Source of the DNA: Mobula hypostoma
Taxonomy: Eukaryota
Assembly (NCBI RefSeq): GCF_963921235.1
Contig: NC_086097.1
Span: forward strand, 36,334,001-36,398,000
DNA length: 64,000 nucleotides
Reading direction: 5' to 3'
The stretch's first letter is position 1. Each line of letters opens with the position of its first letter. Below are positions 48,970 through 62,408 of the stretch, piece by piece. The notes beneath the pieces were generated by a model, which worked only from the letters and a program-made list of their open reading frames with translations, searched no databases and was not told the DNA's origin. Made by a program: the position numbers and the translations under genes.

Positions 48970-50031
48970 TGTCACAATGGGGGCACTGGGAGTGGACCCA
49001 AATGCAAGGCACAAAACACTATGTTAAGTAAACTAAATTAAGTTTATTGCTCGTTGCAAGGAGAGCAAAGCAGAAGTGGGAAATAGCATAATGGACAAGG
49101 AACAGGCCCTGGACTAAGACTGGGACACAAGGACTGTACTAAGGCTAAGACTAGGAAAGTGGGACCAGGTCAAGGAACTAGGAACTAGGAACCTGGACAA
49201 GGACTCCAAGCCAGAGACTGGACAGGGACCCGGAACCTGGGTCTTGACTCGGGCTCGGACCCCAAATCCAGACGAAGACAAGACGTGGCTAGGCTACAGG
49301 ACAAGGCACATGGACAGGACACAGAATAGGAGCAGGGACAGGAACATAGACTTGGGCTTAGGGACGGGACATGGAACTCAGGACTCAGACATGGGCTAGA
49401 CACTTGGAACCTCCTGGGCCGGGACTTGATACTTGGAATCTCCAGAGCCAGAGACTCCTCTTATTCACGGGACAGACTCAGACACAGAACAGAAAACACT
49501 GAGCCGGGAATCCTCCTTCCACACATGACGGAGTCAGGACACTTCTTGACACAGGGTCAGGACCCTTCCAGGGTACAGGGCCGGGACCCCTTTTATACGC
49601 AGGCCATGGATATGGAGACCACACAATGATGGACGGTACTATAACTGGGCCCCAAGTACGCTCCAAGCAGTGGTGAACTCTTGACTCACCCCTGGTGGGT
49701 TAACTTTGACTGACCCGCTCTGGCAAGGAAAGGCGGCTTGCTGGCACTTGCTCTGGGAGAAGACTAGGCTTGCTCTGGCAAGAACTTAGTTGGCTCCGGC
49801 CAGATGACATTGGCTCGTATCTACCTTCGGTGACTTCGTTAACGCTCTTGCACTGAACGGCTGAAAGCCGGAGACTTATAAACTGCTGGTTCGGCCGAGA
49901 GTAAATTGCCTCCAATCACCAAGCCCGAGGGACATGGGAAAACAGGGAACCAAAGGGAAACAGGGAGTCAACGGTCCGGATCGTAACACAAACAAAGTAA
50001 ATTTAAAGGGAACCCGATCCGGACCATGACA
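48970..50031 (-). mobile_element. Solo LTR (Gypsy-type), 1062 bp
   Basis: TGTCA...TGACA termini; perfect 5-bp TSD cagtg at 48965-48969 and 50032-50036; minus-strand TATA-like (49877-49882) and AATAAA (49043-49048). Confidence 0.88.
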
Positions 50032-50189
50032 CAGTGAAATTATGAACTTCTTTTAAATACACAGCATTTACTAGAATTGAAATGCAAATTGGAAAGACAC
50101 CCAAGCAAAAATTACTTCATCTTATGTTAGCTAAAATTATTGCAACACAGAAGGAAAACATCAGCAAGGACATAGCTGCTGATAGAACA

Positions 50190-50960
50190 TGGGCCATAGA
50201 AACCCTACAGCACAGTACTCTTTGGCTCACGGTGTTGTGTTCATCTTTTAAACTAATCTAAGATCAACTTAACCTTGTCCTCTCACATAGCCCTCCATTT
50301 TTCTTTCATCTATTTACCTATCTAAGAGTCTCCTAAATGTCCCTAATATATCTGCTTCTAGCACCACTCCTGGCAGTGCGTTCCTTGAACTTTCCACTCT
50401 CTGTGTAAAAGAAACTTAACTCTGACACCACCCCGCCCTCTACATTTTCCTCCAATCACCTAAAAATTATGCCCTCTCATATTAGCCATTGCTGTCTTGG
50501 GGAAAACGGTGCTGGCTGTTCACACTATCTATGCCTTTTATCCTCTTGTCCACCTCTATCAAGACACTTCTCATCTTCCTTCACTCCAAAGAGAAAAGTC
50601 CTAGTTTGCTCAACCTTTTCTCTTAAGACATACTCTCTAATCCAAGCGGCATCCTAGTAAATCTCCTCTGCACCCTCTCCAATGCTTCCGCATCCGTCAT
50701 ATAATGATGGGACCAGAAATGAACATAATGCTCCAAGTGTGGTCTCGCCAGAGTGTTATAGAGGTGCAACACTACCTTGTTGCCTCAAACTTAATCCTTG
50801 ACAAATGAAGGCCAACACACCATGTGCCTTCTTAACAACCCTATCAACTTGTGTGGCAACTTCATATGATCTTTGGACATGGACCCAAGATCCCTCTGTT
50901 CTTATACACGATTAAGAATCCTGCCATTATATTCTGCTTTCAAGTTTGACCTTCCAAAGT
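50190..50960 (-). mobile_element. CR1 3' fragment
   Basis: Reverse-complement CR1 ORF2 C-terminus and 3' end (catagaaaccctacagcacag). Confidence 0.88.
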
Positions 50961-51014
50961 CTTTCACAACACATAAGTATGGAAATGGTGAAGCTTAAAA
51001 GGGAATCTCTTGTA

Positions 51015-54000
51015 CCTGGCCTATCAGCGGCATCAACAGAGCATTACCAAGAGGGATTTCTCACAGGTTGATGGCAGTTATTTAAAAAGGGAGCCTTGAA
51101 AGCGTTTGTCCATTCTACGTGGCCTATCAGCGGCTATAACTGGAGCGTCAGTTGTAAGTTATATAGCAGGGAAGGTTCAGGTGTAAAGGGAAATACTGTC
51201 TAGCTGAGCACTCACCAAAGGAGGGATCTGAGGCAGAGTGGTAGGGCTTTGGCTCATTCGAGCTTCAGTGATAACAGGTCGAGGCGAGGTAAGTTACCTG
51301 TGAGGAATAGAAACCTGAAGTATGTCTGTGAGGCTGGTGTTCTATGCTGGCCGTCAGATGTGGGAAGTCCGGGTGACTCCCAGCCTCCCAGATGGCCACA
51401 ACTGTGCCATGTGTGTCGAGCTGCAGCTCCTTAGAGACGCCATTAGCGAACTGGTGCTGCAGCTCGATGACCTTTGTCTGGTTAGGGAAAGTGAAGAGGT
51501 GATAGAGAGGAGCTATAGGCAAGTAGTTACATCGGGGCCTTGAGAGACAGGTAAGAGGGTAACAGTCAGGAGTCAGATACTAGAGAGTACCCCTGTAGCT
51601 GTCCCCCTTAACAATAAGTACACCTATTTGAGTACTGTTGGGGGGGATGGCTTACCTGGGGGAAGCAACAGTGGTCACGGCTCTGGCACAGAGTCTGGCC
51701 CCGTGGCTCAGAAGGGTAGGGAAAGGAAGACGATGGCCGCAGTGGTAGGGGACACTATACTTAGGGGGTCAGACAGGCGATTCTGTGGATGCAGGAAAGA
51801 AACGCGGATGGTAGTTTGCCTCCCAGGTGCCAGGGTCTGGGATGTTTCTGATCGCGTCCACAATATCCTGAAGTGGGAAGGTGAACAGCCAGAGGTCATG
51901 GTACATATTGGTACCAACGACATAGGTAGGAAAAGGGAGGAGGTCCTGAAAACAGACTACAGGGGGTAAAGAAGGAAGTTGAGAAGCAGGACCTCAAAGG
52001 TAGTAATCTCAGGATTACTGCCTGTGCTACGTGACAGTGAGTATAAGAATAGAGTGAGGTGGAGGATAAAAGCATGGCTGAGGGATTGGAGCAGGGGGCA
52101 GGGATTCAGATTTCTGGATCATTGGGACCTCTTTTGGGGCAGGTGTGATCTGTATAAAAAGGACGGGTTGCACTTGAATCCGTGGGGGACCAATATCCTG
52201 GCAGAGAGGTTTGCTAAGCCTATTGATGAGAGTTTAGACTAGAATTGCTGGGGGGTGGGAACCGAACTGAAGAGACGGAGGAAGGGGTCAGTCGGCTCAC
52301 AAATAGAGAAAGCTTGGAGACAGTGCGAGAGGGAGGATAGGCAGGTGATACAGAAGGGATATGCTCAGACCGATGGTTTGAGATGTATCTATTTTCATGC
52401 AAGAAGCATCATGAACAAAGCAGCTGAGCTTAGAACATGGATCAGTATTTGGAGCTATGATGTTCTGGCCATTACAGAGACTAGAATGGCTCAGGGGCAG
52501 GAATGGTTACTTAGAGTGCCAGGCTTTAGATGTTTCAGAAAGGACAGGGAGGGAGATAAAAGAGGTGAGGGCATGGCACTGCTGATCAGAGATAGTGTCA
52601 CAGCTGCAGAAAAGGAGAAAGTCATGGAGGGATTGTCTACTGGGTCTCTGTGGGTGGAAGCTGGAAACAGGAAGGGGTCAATAACTCTACTGGGTGTTTT
52701 TTATAGACCACCCAATAGTAACAGGGACATCAAGGAGCAGATAGGGAGACAGATTCTGGAAAGGTGTAACAATAACGGGGTTGTTGTGGTGGGAGATTTT
52801 AATTTCCCAAATATTGATTGACATCTCCTTAGAGCAAGGGGTTTAGATGGAGTGGAGTTTGTTAGGTGTGTTCAGGAACGTTTCCTGACACAATATGTAG
52901 ATAAGCTTAAAAGAGGAGAGGCTGTACTTGATCTGGTATTGGGAAATGAACCTGGTCAGGTGTCAGGTCTCTCAGTGGGAGAGCATTTTTGAGTAGTGAT
53001 TATAACTCTTTCTTCTTTACCATAGCATTGGAGAGGAAGAGGAACAGACAAGTTAGGAAAGCGTTTAATTGGAGTAAGGGGAAATATGAAGCTATCAGGC
53101 AGGAACTTGGAAGCATAAACTGGGAACAGATATTGTCAGGGAAATGTACGGCAGAAATGTTTCGAATGTTCAGGGGATGTTTGAGTGGCGCTTTGCATAG
53201 GTACATTCCAGTGAGACAGGGACAGGATGGTAGGGTACAGGAATCGTGGTGTACAAAGGCTGTTGAAAATCTAGTCAAGAAGAAAAGAAAAGCTTATGAA
53301 AGGTTCAAAAAAACTAGGTAATGATAGAAATCTAGAAGATTATAAAGCTAGCAGGAAGGAGCTTAAGAATAAAATTAGGAGAGCCAGAAGGGGCCATGAA
53401 AAGGCCTTGGTGAGCAGGATTAAAGAAAACCCCAAGGCATTCTACAAGTATGTGAAAAGCAAGAGGATAAGACATGAGAGAATAGGACCAATCAAGAGTG
53501 ACAGTGAGGAGTGTGTATGCAACCAGAGGAGATAGCAGAGATACTTAATGAATACTTTGCTTCAGTATTCACTATGAAAAAGGATCTTGGCGAATGTAGG
53601 GGTGACTTACAGCTGATTGAAAAGCTTGAGCATGTAGGCAGTAAGAAAGAGGATGTGCTGGCGCTTTTGGAAAGCATCAATTTGGATAAGTCTCTGGGAC
53701 CAGATGCGATGTACCCCAGGCTAATGTGGCAGGCAAGACAGGAGATTGCTCAGCATCTGGCAATGATCTTTGCATCATCAATGGGGACGGGAGAGGTTCT
53801 GGAGGATTAGAGGGTTGCAGATGTGGTTCCCTTATTCAAGAAAGGGAGTAGAGATAGCCCAGGAAATTATAGACAAGTGAGTCTTACTTCAGTGGTTGGT
53901 AAGTTGATGGAAAACATCTTGAGAGGCAGGATTTATGAACATTTGGAGAGGCATAATATGATTAGGAATAGTCAGCATGGCTTTGTCAAAGGCAGGTCGG

Positions 54001-55250
54001 ACCTTACAAGCCTGATTGAATTTTTCAAGGATGTAACTAAACACATTGATGAAGGTAGAGCAGCAGATGTATTATATATGGATTTCAGCAAGGCATTTGA
54101 TAAGGTACCCCATGCAAGGCTTATTGAGAAAGTAAGGAGGCATGGGATCCAAGGAGACCTTGCTTTGTGGATCCAGAATTGGCTTGCCCACAGAAGGCAA
54201 AGAGTGTTTGTAGACGGGTCATCTTCTGCATGGAGGTCGGTGACCAGTGGTGTGCCTCAGGGATCTGTTCTGGCACCACTACTCTTCATGATTTTTATAA
54301 ATGACCTTGTTGAGGAAGTGGAGGGATGGGTTAGTAAATTTACTGATGACACAAAGGTTGGAGGTGTTGTGGATAGTGTGGAGGGCTGTCAGAGGTTACA
54401 ACGTGACATTGATAGGATGCAAAACTGGACTGAGAAGTGGCAGATGGAGTTCAACCCAGATAAGTGTGAAGTGGTTCATCTTGGTAGGTCAAATATGATG
54501 GCCGAATATAGTATTAATGGTAAGACTCTTGGCAGTGTGGAGGATCAGAGCGATCTTGGGGTCCAAGTCCATAGGAGACTCAAAGCTGCTGCGCAGGTTG
54601 ACTGTATGGTTAAGAAGGCATACAGTGCATTGGCCTTCATCAACCGTGGGATTGGGTTTAAGAGGTAATGTTGCTGCTATATAGGACCCTGGTCAGGCCC
54701 TGCTTGGAGTACTGTGCTCGGTTCTGGTCACCTCACTAAAGGAAGGATGTGGAAACTATTTAGAAAGGGTGCAGAGGAGATTTACAAGAATGTTGCCTGG
54801 TTTGGGGAGCATGCCTTATGAGAATAGGTTGAGTGAACATGGCCTTTCCTCCTTGGAGCGGCAGAGGATGAGAGGTGACCTGATAGAGGTGTACAAGATG
54901 ATGAGAGGCATTGATCAAGTAGATAGTCAGACGCTTTTTCCCAGGGGTTGAAATGGCTAGCAGGAGAGAGCACAGTTTTAAGGTGCTTGGAGGTAGGTAC
55001 AGAGGACATGGCAAGGGTAAGTTTTTTACGCAGAGTGTGGTGAGTGTGTGGAATAGGCTTTCAGCGACGGTGGTGGAGGTGGATATGATAGGGTCATTTA
55101 AAAGACTCCTGGATAGGTACATGAAGCTTAGAAAAATAGAGGGCTATGGGTAACCCTATGTAATTTGTAAAGTAAGTACATGTTTGGCACAGCATTGTGG
55201 GCAGAAGGGCCTGTATCGTACTGTAGGTTTTTTATGTTTGTATGTTTCTA
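51015..55250 (+). mobile_element. Near full-length decayed CR1 (5' UTR, ORF1 Zn-finger-like/coiled-coil/SGNH esterase, ORF2, tail)
   Basis: ORF1 pieces 51322-52242 (CAMC, VVGDT, HIGTND, DGLHLN); ORF2 pieces 52255-55153; (tttctatg)-like tail; same subfamily as 38304-41848. Confidence 0.95.
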
Positions 55251-55864
55251 ATTCCAGAATTTCCGATCCTGGGAGTTGAAGGTATGAATCTCCATTTGAA
55301 ATGGTTCAATTATAGGCAGTGTGGTACTAGACCATAGATTCATTTGAACACAGGAATGAACAATTTAAAATTAGGCAACCGCTATTCAAGAGCCAGTATA
55401 GGTTAACAAGTTCCCGAATAATGAATGTATGAAATTTTGTTAGTGATGGAACTTTGGTGACCTCAGGTTTAGGGAGTCAAAATTGGAGAAGATCAGCAAG
55501 AAATATGTTAGAATTATCAAGTCTAGAGGAAGAAGTATTTCTAAAGGGAGGATGACACAACTGTGGCTGACAAGAGAAATCAAAGCCAACATAAAAGCAA
55601 AAGAGAGCATATAATATAGCAAAAACTAGTGGGATGTTCGAGGACTGAGAAGCTTTTAAAAACCAACAGGAGACAACTAAAACAGCCATTAAAAATTTAA
55701 AGATGGAATATGGAAGTAAGCCAGCCAATAATATTAAAGAGGGTACCAAAATTTTCTTTAGTTTCTTAAAGTTTAAAAGGGAGGTGAGAGTAGATATCAG
55801 ACTGTTGGAAAATAATACTGGAGAGGTAGTAATGGGGGATGAACTGAATAAATATTTTGCATCT

Positions 55865-56772
55865 CAAAAACTTGCATAGTTGTACTGTAGAGAGCATTCT
55901 GACAAGCTGCATCACTGTCTGGTATGGAGGGGCTATTGCACAGGACCAAAAGAATCTGCACACGTTTGTAAATCTAGTCAGCTCCATCTTGGGCACTAGC
56001 CTACAAAGTACCTACGACATCGTTAGGGAGCGGTGTCTCAGAAAGGCAGTGTCCATTATTAAGGACCTCTAGCACCCAGGGCATGCCCTTTTCTCACTGT
56101 TACCATCAAGTAGGAGATACAGAAGCCTGAAGGCACACATTCAGCAATTCAGGAACAGCTTCTCCCCTTCTGCCATCGATTCCTAAATGGACATTGAAGC
56201 TTTGGACACTACCTCACTTTTGTTTTAATATACAATATTTCAGTTTTTGCATATTTTCAAAACATATATTCAATATGTGTAATTGATTTACTTGTTTATT
56301 ATGTTTTATTTTATTTATTATTATTATTTCTCTCTCTGCTAGATTATGTACGAGGGCTGATTGATAAGTTCGTGGCCTAAGATAGTAGGGGATGAATTAT
56401 TAACTTCAAATTTTCTTCATAATCACTAAAAGTGTTGAACTGCGTGTGCATGTAATGAGAGCTGTATAACTCATCTCCTTCTACTTTAAGCCATGAACTT
56501 ATCAATCACCCCTGCTGTGGACCACTTTTTGGAGGTCCAAGATGCCAACTTCTACAAAGAAGGGATCTGTATGCTCCACAACTGCTGGACTAAGTGTGTA
56601 AATGTAGGTGGGGACTATGTTGAAAAATAAATGTGCTAGGTTTTCTAAAATTGACTCCCTCTACCTTAGGCCACAAACTTATCAATCACCCCTTGTATTG
56701 CATTGAACTGCTGCTGCTAAGTTAACAAATTTCACGTCACATGCCAGTGATAATAAACCTGATTCTGATTCT
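55865..56772 (+). mobile_element. Rex1/Babar-type 3' fragment (same family as 27677-28590)
   Basis: CTVESILTSCITVWYG...RERCLRKAVSIIKDL; AATAAA plus (gattct)n tail. Confidence 0.9.
56351..56695 (+). mobile_element. Mariner-derived MITE inside the Rex1 3' UTR
   Basis: TA at 56349-56350 and 56696-56697; ~28-bp TIR cgagggctgattgataagttcgtggcct; keeps the transposase C-terminus FYKEGI...WTKCVNVGGDYVEK*. Confidence 0.92.
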
Positions 56773-59138
56773 GTCTTCATTGTGGAAGACACTAGCAGTA
56801 TGCCAGAAGTTCAAAAGTGTCAGGGGCAGAGGTGTATGAAGTTGCTATTACTAGGGAGAAGGTTCTTGGGAAACTGAAAGGCCTGAAGGTAGATAAGTCA
56901 TCTGGACCAGATGGTATACATGCCAGAGCTCTGAAAGAAGTGGTTGAAAATATTGTAGAGATCAGTAATGATTTTTCAGTAACTGATTGATTCTGGCATA
57001 GTTCCGGAGGAATGGAAAATTGCAAATGTCACTACACTCTTCAAGAAAGGTGGGAGCAGAAGAAAGGGAATTATAGGTGTTGGGAAGATATTGGTGATGA
57101 TTGTTAAGGATGTGGTTTTGGAGTACTTGGAGGCACTTGATAAAATCGGAATTTTTTGAAGAAATAACAAGCAGGAGAATTGGTAGATGTTTTGTGCTTG
57201 GAATTTCAGAAGGTCCTTGACAAGGTGCCACACAGGAGGCTGCTTAACAGGCTACAAGCCCATGGTATTACAGGAAAGATTCTAGTACGGATAAAGCAGT
57301 GACTGAGTGGCAAAGAGTGGAAATAAAGGGAGCCTTTTTTGGTTGGCTGCCAGTGACTAATGATGTTCCCCAGGGGTTCATACTGGAACTACGTGTTTTT
57401 ATGTCATGATTTGCATGACAGAATTTATGGCTTTGTGACCAAGTTTCCAGGCGATACAAAGATAGGTGGAGGGGCAGGTAGTGTTACAGAAACAGAGAGG
57501 CTACATAGGGACGTAGACAGATTAGGAGGATGGGGACAGAGGTGGCGGACTGAATACAGTGCCAGGAGGTGTGTGATCATACACTTAGGTCGAAGAAATG
57601 AAAGCATAGACTACTTTCTAAGTGGAGAGAAAATTCAAAAATCTGAGGTGCAGTGCAAAGGGACATTGGAGTCCTCGTGCAGGATTCCCTAAAGCTTAAC
57701 TTGCAGGTTGCGTTAGTGGTGAGGAAGTAAATGCAATGTTAGCATTCATTTCGAGAGGACTAGAATATAAAAGCAAGGATGTAATGTTGAGGATTTATAA
57801 GGCACCGGTGAGGCCTCATTTGGAGCATTGTGAGCAGTTTTGGGATGTGCTGACAATGGAAAAGGTTCAAAGGAGGCTCTTGAAAATGGTTCAAGGATTG
57901 AAAGGATTGTCATATGAGGAATTTTTAAAAGCTCTTGGCTTCTGCTCACTGGAATTCAGAAGAATGAGGGGTGACCTCATTGAAGCTTATCAAATGTTGA
58001 GAGGCATCAATTGAGCAGATGTGGAAGGGGTGTTTCCTATGGTGGGGAGTCTAAGACCAGAGGACACAAACTCAGAACAGAGGGACATCCTTTTAGAATG
58101 AAGATGAAAAGGAATTTCTTTTACTAGAGAGTGTTGAATCTGTGGAAATCATTGCCACAGGCGGCAGTGAAGGCCAAATCATTGGGTATAGTTAAGGCAG
58201 AGGCTGATAGATTCTTGATTAGTCAGGGCATAAAGGGATATGGGGAGAATGCAGGAGTTTGGGCTGAGAGGGTAAATGGATCAGCCATGATGAAATGCCA
58301 GAGCCTAATTTGGCTCCAAAATCTTATGATATTATAGTCTAATGATGACATGGGAAGGGGTTTCAGTGATAGATTGGCTTAGCAAGAGAGCCAATTACAC
58401 AATCACAGAGGCATTGAATTTGCATAGAACTACAACATATTCAACCTGCAGGAGGTTGAAAAGTATTCCAAGGGTTACTTCATATCTGTGGGTTATCATT
58501 TGGCACTCATCGTACAAAAACTTGCATCACTACACTCATTGAAGAAGTGTGTGATGCAAGAGTAAAATCTTCAAGGAAGTTATAACTGAAGAAAGTTGCT
58601 AGAATTCAGTGGAGTGAAACGGGAAGTAGTTAAATATACCAATCCCTTTTGTTTGTCCCATAGGTTCAAGGCAAGAGGTTTGCTCAATAACTGTCCGTTG
58701 AAATGTTGCACAATTCTCTTTAAATCTTTCTCAAAGGTCCAATAGAATTTATGACAATAAGCTTAACTAACTCAAAATTACAAACCCTGGATGTGTGGAG
58801 TGAATTTGAAGAAGCCAGAAAGTTTCACACAATGCTCAGAGTGTACTGGATTGTCAGATGGGCTGAAGAATTTATGAGACTTTGGGCCAGATCATGCTGG
58901 ACTCAGGCCTGACTTAGAAAGTTGAGGAATTTATATGCGAGGAAATAAATCACAGATTACACATGCAGCTATCACCTTCAGTATATATTGAACAAGTCTT
59001 TGTAGTCAAAATCATTTACAGTTTCCCTTGCCAACAAACAGACAATAAGATTTTGTGGGATCATGACCTGACTGTTGCTCCTATCCAGTTTCTGATTAAG
59101 GGTGGGATCTGTCACCCTTACCTCTACTGAGTGGTTAG

Positions 59139-59414
59139 GTTATTAACTTCAAACTTTCTGCATAATCACTCAAAGAGTTGAACTGCATGTGCATGTAACA
59201 AGAGCTGTATAACTCATCTCCTTCTACCTTAGGTTATGAACTTATCAATCACCCCTGCTGTGGACACTTTCTGGAGGTCCAAGATCCGTATGCTCCACGA
59301 CCACTGGACTAAGTGTGTAAATGTAGGAGGGGACTACGTTGAAAAATAAATGTGCTAGGTTTTCTAGAATTGACTCCTTCTACCTTAGGCTACGAACTTA
59401 TCAATCACCCCTCG
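59139..59414 (+). mobile_element. Second, left-truncated copy of the mariner MITE
   Basis: Closely similar to 56396-56695; ends cttatcaatcacccctcg|ta. Confidence 0.9.
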
Positions 59415-59416
59415 TA

Positions 59417-61260
59417 TATCAGAAAAAAATGATGTATCCTCTTTTATATTATTGGCTAGCTTATCTTCATATTTCATCTTTTCTCTCTTTAGGCTTTTTA
59501 GTTGCCTTCTGTTGGTTTTTAAAAGCTTCCTAATAATTACTGCAATATTATAGTCCCTCTCTTTTGCTTTTATGCTGTCTTTGATTTCTATTCTCAGCCA
59601 TGGTTGCCTCATCCTCTGGTTAGAATACTTCTTCATCTTTGGGATGCATCTTTCCTGTGTCTTCCAGATTTTCCCCAGACATACCAGCGCTTGCTGTTAT
59701 CCCATCATCCCTGCAAGTGTTCCTTTTCAATCAACTTTGGCCAGCTCCTCTCTCATGCTTCTGTAATTCCCCTTACTCCAGTGTAATAATGATGCATCTA
59801 ATTTTAGCTTCTCCTTCTCAAACTACAGGTGAATTCTATCATATTATGATCACCAGCTCCTAAAGGTTCATTTATCTTAAGCTCCCTAATCAAATCTGGG
59901 TCATTACATAACCCCCAATTATTGTTCTCCTAGTGGGCTCAAACACAAGCTGCCCAAAAATGCCATCTTGTACGCATTCTTCAAATTCCATCTTTTGGCA
60001 TCCAGCACCAACCTGATTTTCCCAATGTAGTTGCATATTCAAATTTCCCATGACTATTGCATCATTACCCCATTTACTTGCCTTTTCTATCTCCCATTGA
60101 AATTCGTAGCCCACATCCTGTCTACTGTTTGGAGGTCTCTGTGTAACACCCATTGGGTTCTTTTTACACTTGCAGCTCCATAACTCTACCCACAAAGACT
60201 CTACATCTTCCAGTCCTATGTCACCTCTTTCTAAGGATTTGATTTCATTTTTTTAACCAACAGAACCACCCCACCCCCTCTGCCTACTTTCCTGCCCTTT
60301 CGATACAATACATATCCTTGGATGTTAAGTTCCCAACTATAATGATCTTTCAGTCATGACTCAGATGCCAACAACATCATACCTGCCAATTTCTAACTAT
60401 GCTACAAGATCATCTGCCTTATTCTGTAAACTGTGTGTATTCAAATATAACACTTTCAGTTCATTATTTATAATCCTTTTTGATTTTGGCCCCATTAAAC
60501 TCATCCCTCTGACTGCAATTTTGCCCTGTCATCTGTCTATCCTTCCTCACAGTCCCACTACACACCGCATCTGCCAATTTCCCCATCCTCTGCCTTATCA
60601 CTTCAGTTCCCATCTGCCAAATTAGTTTCAACCCTTCTCCACAGCTCTAGCAAACCTGACTGCAAGGATATTGGTTCCCATCGGGTTCAGGTCTAACAGT
60701 GCATACCTTCCCTGGAGGAGATCCCAATGATCCAGAAATCTGAAATCCTGCCCCTGGCACCAGTTCTCCAGCCATGTATTTCTCTGCTAAATCACCCGGT
60801 TCTTAATCTCACTGGCACATGGCCCAGACGGCAATACAGAGATTACTACCCTGGACATCCCGTTTTTCAGCTTTCTGCCTAACTCCTTATATTCTCTCTT
60901 CAGGACCTCCTCCTCTTTCCTATCTATGTTGTTGGTACCAATATGTATTACAACTTCCAGCTGTTCATCCCCCACCCCCCTCCCAACCCACTTTAGAATG
61001 CTGTGAACTCGATTCATGACATTCCTGACTCTGGCACCTGAGAGGTAACATACTATCCAGGTGTCTCTATCGCGTCCACAGAATCTGCTTTCTGCTCCTT
61101 TATTATGGAATCCCTTAGCATTACTACAGTCCCCTTCTCAACCCTTCCCTTCTAAGTTGCAAACTCAGTGCTAGAGACCTGGTTGCTGCGGTTTTCCCCA
61201 GTATGTTGATTCTCCCCAGACAGTACCCAAAGTGGTACACTTATTACTGAGGGGATATCC
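59417..61260 (-). mobile_element. Decayed CR1 5' half (ORF1 esterase and ORF2 EN)
   Basis: ORF 60787-61017 (VVIHIGTNNI), 59890-60195 (WVEL...RPPNS...MGNLN) and 59385-59636. Confidence 0.88.
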
Positions 61261-61269
61261 GGGCTGTAT

Positions 61270-61530
61270 GCTAAACCTGTTGCTTAACATTCTGTTCAAG
61301 CATGATTGCATGACCAAACACCCAAGCAATCATGCTATCAAGTTTGCTGATGTCATGTCTGTGGTGAGGTTCATCACCATCAATGATGAGATGGCCTGCA
61401 GAGAGGAAGTGGAAGCTTTTGAGGCCCGGTGGCAGGCAAATAACCTCTTCCTTAATGCCAAAAAGACAAAAGAGATAGTTATTGGCCTCAGGAGAACTCA
61501 TACCACTCATACCCCCCTTAACATTGGCAG
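61270..61530 (+). mobile_element. Rex1/Babar RT fragment
   Basis: HDC...IKFADV...NNLFLNAKKTKEIVI. Confidence 0.8.
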
Positions 61531-61534
61531 CTTT

Positions 61535-62021
61535 GAGGTGCTATGTTGGACAGGGTTGACCATGGATGTTGTGTCCCAACTGTCTATGTGATATGCAAGT
61601 GAGGGCAGGAAAATATGGAGAGCAAGCTGTTGCCTATGCAGCAGGTTCCCTCTCTCCATGCATGTGATGAATCCAAAGGAATGGCAGAGACCAATACTGT
61701 TTGGCAGCAGTGGCTTCGCAGGAAATGTTAGTCAAAGTTGATCTCAATGCAGGACTTCCTTAGGGACTCCTCCCTCAGATTTTTCCTCAGAGTTTACTCC
61801 CGCAGCCTTCCCCATGAGTGGGTATAGCTGCAAGGTAGTGGGGGTTTGAAATCAGAGTTTTCCTTCTCCTAGGTGGGCTACCAGCCACAGATGATGAGTC
61901 CCATCTGCCCAAAGTGACTCGTCTTTAGGCACCGGTAATCTGCCTTTGCCCCTTCTCCTGTCAGCAGAAGAGTTCCGCTGGGTTCAGTAGCTGAGCCACA
62001 TGCGAAGGCCAGGAGCTGGGA
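61535..62021 (-). mobile_element. Non-coding retroelement (probable RTE-related), copy 2
   Basis: Reverse complement aligns with 22910-23335. Confidence 0.65.
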
Positions 62022-62328
62022 ATGGTTTTATCTTCATTTCTATTGTGAGAAAAGTCATTAGGTAAATGTGAGCTTCCAAAACAAAACAGGTTAAATGTTG
62101 GAAATCTGCAAGAGAACAGAAATGACTGTAAATATTCACTTGTTTGGGCAGCATCCATGAAAGTGGAAGCAGAGCTGAGACCCAAGGGATTCTGCAGTGT
62201 TGAAGATCTTGAACAATACACACAAAACCCTGGGGGATCTCAGCAGGTCAGGCAACATCTATCGAGGGAAATGAACAGTCGGTGTTTTGGGTGAGACCCT
62301 TCATCAGGATGGAAGCAGAGCTTTAGAT

Positions 62329-62408
62329 CAGGGGTTCCAACTTTTTTTAATGCCATGGACCAACAGTCTTTGAGCAAGGAGTCCATGGGCACCAGACTGA
62401 GAACCCTG
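62329..62408. mobile_element. 80-bp hAT-type MITE
   Basis: caggggttcc...gagaaccctg termini with an 8-9-bp duplication (g)ctttagat at 62320-62328 and 62409-62417. Confidence 0.75.

Larger units (their letters stand above)
55460..58340 (+). mobile_element. Decayed CR1 split by a Rex1/Babar insertion (55865-56772)
   Basis: Host tattttgcatct|gtcttcattgtggaagac is continuous across the insert; RT remnants at 57360-58337. Confidence 0.88.

Noticed and set aside
49090..49620. Repeat array suggestive of CRISPR or a repetitive protein
   Set aside because: Degenerate short units without unique spacers, inside a TSD-bounded solo LTR in vertebrate DNA.
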